A stretch of 55,247 nt of DNA, counting the filler, from Basidioascus undulatus (lineage: Eukaryota): NCBI GenBank assembly GCA_000826855.1. It is 3 parts of 3 records of this genome, joined end to end, with 100 filler letters (N's around TTAATTAATTAA, not from the genome) between each part and the next. Parts side by side here need not be neighbours in the genome. Positions count along the whole stretch, not along the records: positions 43,631 to 55,247 come from JTLS01000992.1; 2 more parts are not named here. One strand, given 5' to 3'. Positions within the stretch are counted from its first letter, which is position 1, and every line of letters starts with the position of its first letter. The position numbers were made by a program, and so were the translations under genes. Below the pieces are notes generated by a model that saw nothing but the letters and a program-made list of their open reading frames with translations, had not been told where the DNA came from and ran no database searches. Positions 51,897 to 55,247 of the stretch are shown here, in pieces.

Positions 51897-52409
51897 GTAG
51901 AGCCTGAAGCTTCTCAAGTGAGAGTCTGTAGAACTGCGCGCAGACCACGTCTACTGCGAATTGCCAGGTCAACGAGCGTGGGGGGTGAAGAGGTTCGGAG
52001 GCAAGAAACGGGTAAAGATCTGGATGAGAAGGGCCAAAAGTTGAGATCCCCATTGAGAATTCGTATGAGACTGTGCACATATGGACTCGCAGAGGAGGTG
52101 CAGCTGCATTCCGACATATCGACGGTCGGCTGCGGGAACCTGTGAATGAAACTGGTGCAACCACGCGAAGAACCGGCATCAACAACTTCTCACCCGTTTC
52201 AGATAATTACTGATGGGAAAGAAGGTCTAAGCGCAGCAGAGTCAAGATGCACTGATGGCCAGCGTTGTAAAAGCGGCTGTTTTGCGCTTGTTTGGCGTTG
52301 TCGAGGCAGCGAGGTTTGCTTCCGCGTTTCCCGCGCTCCGTGCTGAAGTCCCTTGACGTTGCCGATAACGAGTCGCGCCCTGTTTGATGATACCTCGTAA
52401 GCGCCCCGC

Positions 52410-52790
52410 ATGACGCTCTCTCGTGAGTTTTACCACTCACCCCACCAACACCTTCCATCTCACTGGCGCCCGCTCGCCGCAGCCCGGACCCGCCGCGTCC
52501 TGCTCGCCGCGCTCCTGCCCATCTGCCTAGCCTTCCTCCTCCCGCTCGGGGCGCTCCTCCTCGCGCGGCGGTACGGCGCGCGAAAGCGAGCGCGGGAGCA
52601 GCGGAAGGTGTTGGATGCTGTGCGGGCTGCTGCGGTGGTGGAGTACGTCACTGGGGAGAGCGAAGGCGTGGGGGAGGAGGTGTTGGAGGGAAGGGTGGGG
52701 AGCGCGGAGACGGAGGAGGAGCGGAGGAGGAGGTGGCAGGAGATGGAGGAACGGGGGAGGAGGGAGGTCGAGAGTGGGAGTGTGAGATGA
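52410..52790 (+). CDS. Small single-pass membrane protein, hypothetical
   Basis: TM segment VLLAALLPICLAFLLPLGALLLA flanked by Arg, Glu/Arg-rich tail. Likely in-frame GTGAGT..GCAG intron just after the ATG. Confidence 0.5.
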   Translation: MTLSREFYHSPHQHLPSHWRPLAAARTRRVLLAALLPICLAFLLPLGALLLARRYGARKRAREQRKVLDAVRAAAVVEYVTGESEGVGEEVLEGRVGSAETEEERRRRWQEMEERGRREVESGSVR

Positions 52791-52882
52791 TGGGATGGGA
52801 TTGGTATGCATTTCCTGCAGGGGCGCATTTTGGGAAACATGTAGAGTGCATGAAGCATTTCCACACTGCCTTCGCGGCGTCC

Positions 52883-53566
52883 TCATGCCGCCACACTCCC
52901 ATCCGGCTCCAGCACAGGGAACACAAGCGCTACCTCATCCGGCCTCTCCCTCCGCACCCGTTCAAGCCACGCTTCGACCGTGTGCTCTTCGTACTCCGGC
53001 TCGCCCAGCTGTCCCCATCCAGTACCATGAGCGCGGCTTTGAGCAAGGGAGCGGGAAGGAGAGGGGCGCACAGCGTAAAGATCCGACTCTGTGATGCTGG
53101 GTAGGGAGGAAGTAGCGATCGATGAGGAGAGCGCGGCGGACGATTGGGACGGCGGAGGGGAGCGGGTCCGAGGCTTTCGCTGCCTCTCCGGCTGTTGCTT
53201 GCACACAGTAATCGACGCTCGATTTCCCACTGGAGCAGGCCCCCTCCCGGCCCACTGCGCTCCCACCCACACCCCTACCCCGAGTAGCACCATCCCCAAC
53301 AACACAAGCTCCGCCATCCCCTCCTCGCTCATCAGCGGGATCCTTCCGGCCCCCACATCCTCATCCATCTCCTCATCCATCCCCGGGAGGACCGAAAGCG
53401 CCTTCCCCGACCCCGGCCCGGGCGGAAGGTGCCCGAAGAAGGCCTTCTTGAAGGAGAGGAGTGGCTCCTGCTCCAGCAGCTCGAGGAGCAGCGGGACGGA
53501 TAGGAAGAGATAGAAGAAGCCGTGCAGGATATGCGAGAGCGCGCGCGGGAGGAGGGCGAGCTTCAT
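52883..53566 (-). CDS. Hypothetical membrane protein (two hydrophobic segments)
   Basis: ATG 53566 MKLALLPRALSHILHGFFYLFLSVPLLL..., second TM LVLLGMVLLGVGVWVGA, open to stop 52883. Confidence 0.5.
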   Translation of the reverse strand: MKLALLPRALSHILHGFFYLFLSVPLLLELLEQEPLLSFKKAFFGHLPPGPGSGKALSVLPGMDEEMDEDVGAGRIPLMSEEGMAELVLLGMVLLGVGVWVGAQWAGRGPAPVGNRASITVCKQQPERQRKPRTRSPPPSQSSAALSSSIATSSLPSITESDLYAVRPSPSRSLAQSRAHGTGWGQLGEPEYEEHTVEAWLERVRRERPDEVALVFPVLEPDGSVAA

Positions 53567-54621
53567 CTTTGTAGCGCTGGAAGTTGGAAGGTGGTGGTGG
53601 CGGTGAGCGGAGGAGGGCAACAATGGCAACAAAGGCAGGATGGGCGCGTCGGGCGTAGGGTGTCGGATCCGGGTGTCGCAGCAGGAGCGGATGTCAGATG
53701 CCACGGCTCACACTAGCCTGGTATGGAGATTGCTTTCAAATGTGTGTCTCATGTACTTCAGATGCATGCACATTGGGGGAGAGGGGCTCGGCACGCTCAC
53801 TTGAGCCGGTGACTCGACTCGCAGCCGCGATGCCTAAAAGCTGAAAGGCGGCCCGGCGGGCTGCAGTACTAGGACCTGGGGTCTCGCTGCACACAGCTTT
53901 TACCACTGGGGGATGAGATATGAGGCATAAATGCCTTTGTAGGAGATACAGCTACGCATCAGAAGCTCAATTCAGAAGTGGCGGTACTCGGCGGCGAGGA
54001 TTCAATGTTGAGGAGACCGACACGGCAGGCTGGCTGTCCGACCGCGTCAGACTGCCAGTATCGAGGAAGCTGAAAGACCACGGGTGGGAAAATGTGGGAG
54101 TAACAGGCTTAATCCAGCTGATCGGCAAGGGGGAAAGACGTAGTAGTGCCTGCAGCGCTGCCAGAACTGCCTTTCACCACAAGTGCCAAAAAAGATCACC
54201 CATCGGACCTTTCCTCCGGCACATCAGCTGAGATGACTGAAAGAATTCATAATTGGCTAGACACTATCAGCATTTCTCATGGCGATTGAGGCGAGATTGG
54301 CGTGTTTGAGGAAGGCAGATTGCAGCCGCCAGGATGCACATGCAGTTGGGCTCCTGAAGTCCTCAGCGCCTGATGCCCGTGATGGTTTATCTTCGGCACA
54401 CACGGGTAAGACCGTCTAGCGGGGAACAGGGATCTAAGTATATGCAAGAACTTGCCATCAAGACCCGCCAGCAGGTGCAAAAGCGCAATGACGAAGCTGC
54501 TCGTGCAGTGCCGCTCTCCCTCGCTCTCCGCGCTCTACTGCCGCTGACTTCAGCTACCGAACATAGCTACCGAACATCTACCGCGACCACCAAACGTTGT
54601 GATGCAATCAAGAAAAAGATA

Positions 54622-54695
54622 TGGCCACTGCAGGGGTCGAACCTGCGACTTTGGAGTTATTAGCTCCACACTCTAACCAACTGAGTTAAGCGGCC
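54622..54695 (-). tRNA. tRNA-Ile (anticodon AAT), intronless
   Basis: GGCCGCTTAACTCAGTTGGTTAGAGTGTGGAGCTAATAACTCCAAAGTCGCAGGTTCGACCCCTGCAGTGGCCA: full cloverleaf, anticodon arm TGGAG-CTAATAA-CTCCA, T-loop GTTCGA, downstream T5 Pol III terminator. Confidence 0.96.
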
Positions 54696-55247
54696 GATGC
54701 TGTTCTTCTGCTGAAGGTATTTATGCTTAGGCCTCCATGAACCGGTTGGCTCCGAATCGTCTTGCCCCTCGTTGAAAGTTTTCAACCAGATAGCAGCGGG
54801 GTTTTTGGTCTGTGAGATCTGAGATCTGTCAGTGGTATGCGACTGCACGACTCTTTCAGTCCTCTCTTGCAGCCTCAGCAACAACCGGTGAAATGCCATT
54901 GTAGCAACCAAGTCCCACAGGGATGTGTAGGAATGACCCTGTCGCGCGAGTGGCGGAGTACGGCTTCACTGTTTATGCAAAGTCTTTGGAGCGCGGCGTT
55001 GTCCACAAGTTTGTATCGCAGTGCGGTCAGCTTGAGTTGCACCGCATTTCTCAAGCTGTTTCTGAGAGTATGATATAGACCCTTATTTAAGCTCGTGATT
55101 TTCATTGCCCGAACACCATCTTGCAGACACATGCTTGCACCGAACGCCCAGCCTGCGCCGCATACGGTCCTAGCTTCCGAAACCGCACGACGTGGCGAAC
55201 GAACCTGGCACCATGCTGAACTTCTCGAAGTATATGTGGTGAGAAAG

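Noticed and set aside
54552..54583. 13-bp tandem duplication AGCTACCGAACAT near the tRNA
   Set aside because: Ordinary slippage-size duplication with no further structure.

Overview
Eukaryotic fungal DNA, basidiomycete-like (GC-rich coding exons, short GT..AG introns with CTRAY-type branch sites). The window is three separate contigs joined by artificial N-TTAATTAATTAA-N linkers (31801-31900, 43531-43630), and an Illumina adapter remnant ends the first contig. Recognisable genes: UPS1/PRELI (partial), SSK2-type MAPKKK, a non-mating-type homeobox factor, SGF11, a CBS+PB1 protein (partial), a TDG/MUG glycosylase (partial), PML1/SNIP1 (partial), a Zn2Cys6 factor, a tandem pair of small GPI-type genes and tRNA-Ile(AAT). 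Two things stand out. (1) A mitochondrial insertion (NUMT, ~7860-8510) carries the 3' end of a cox1 group I intron, the tail of its homing-endonuclease-like ORF and a cox1 exon. It appears to split an F-box/LRR gene and leaves an open, spliceable in-frame fusion between the nuclear exons and the NUMOD1-like domain. (2) An ORF-poor array of five diverged stem-loop units (~40760-41490) has cUACGg hairpins and closing stems that differ in sequence but still pair, a candidate undescribed structured ncRNA. All calls come from reading the sequence by eye; no searches or folding programs were run.
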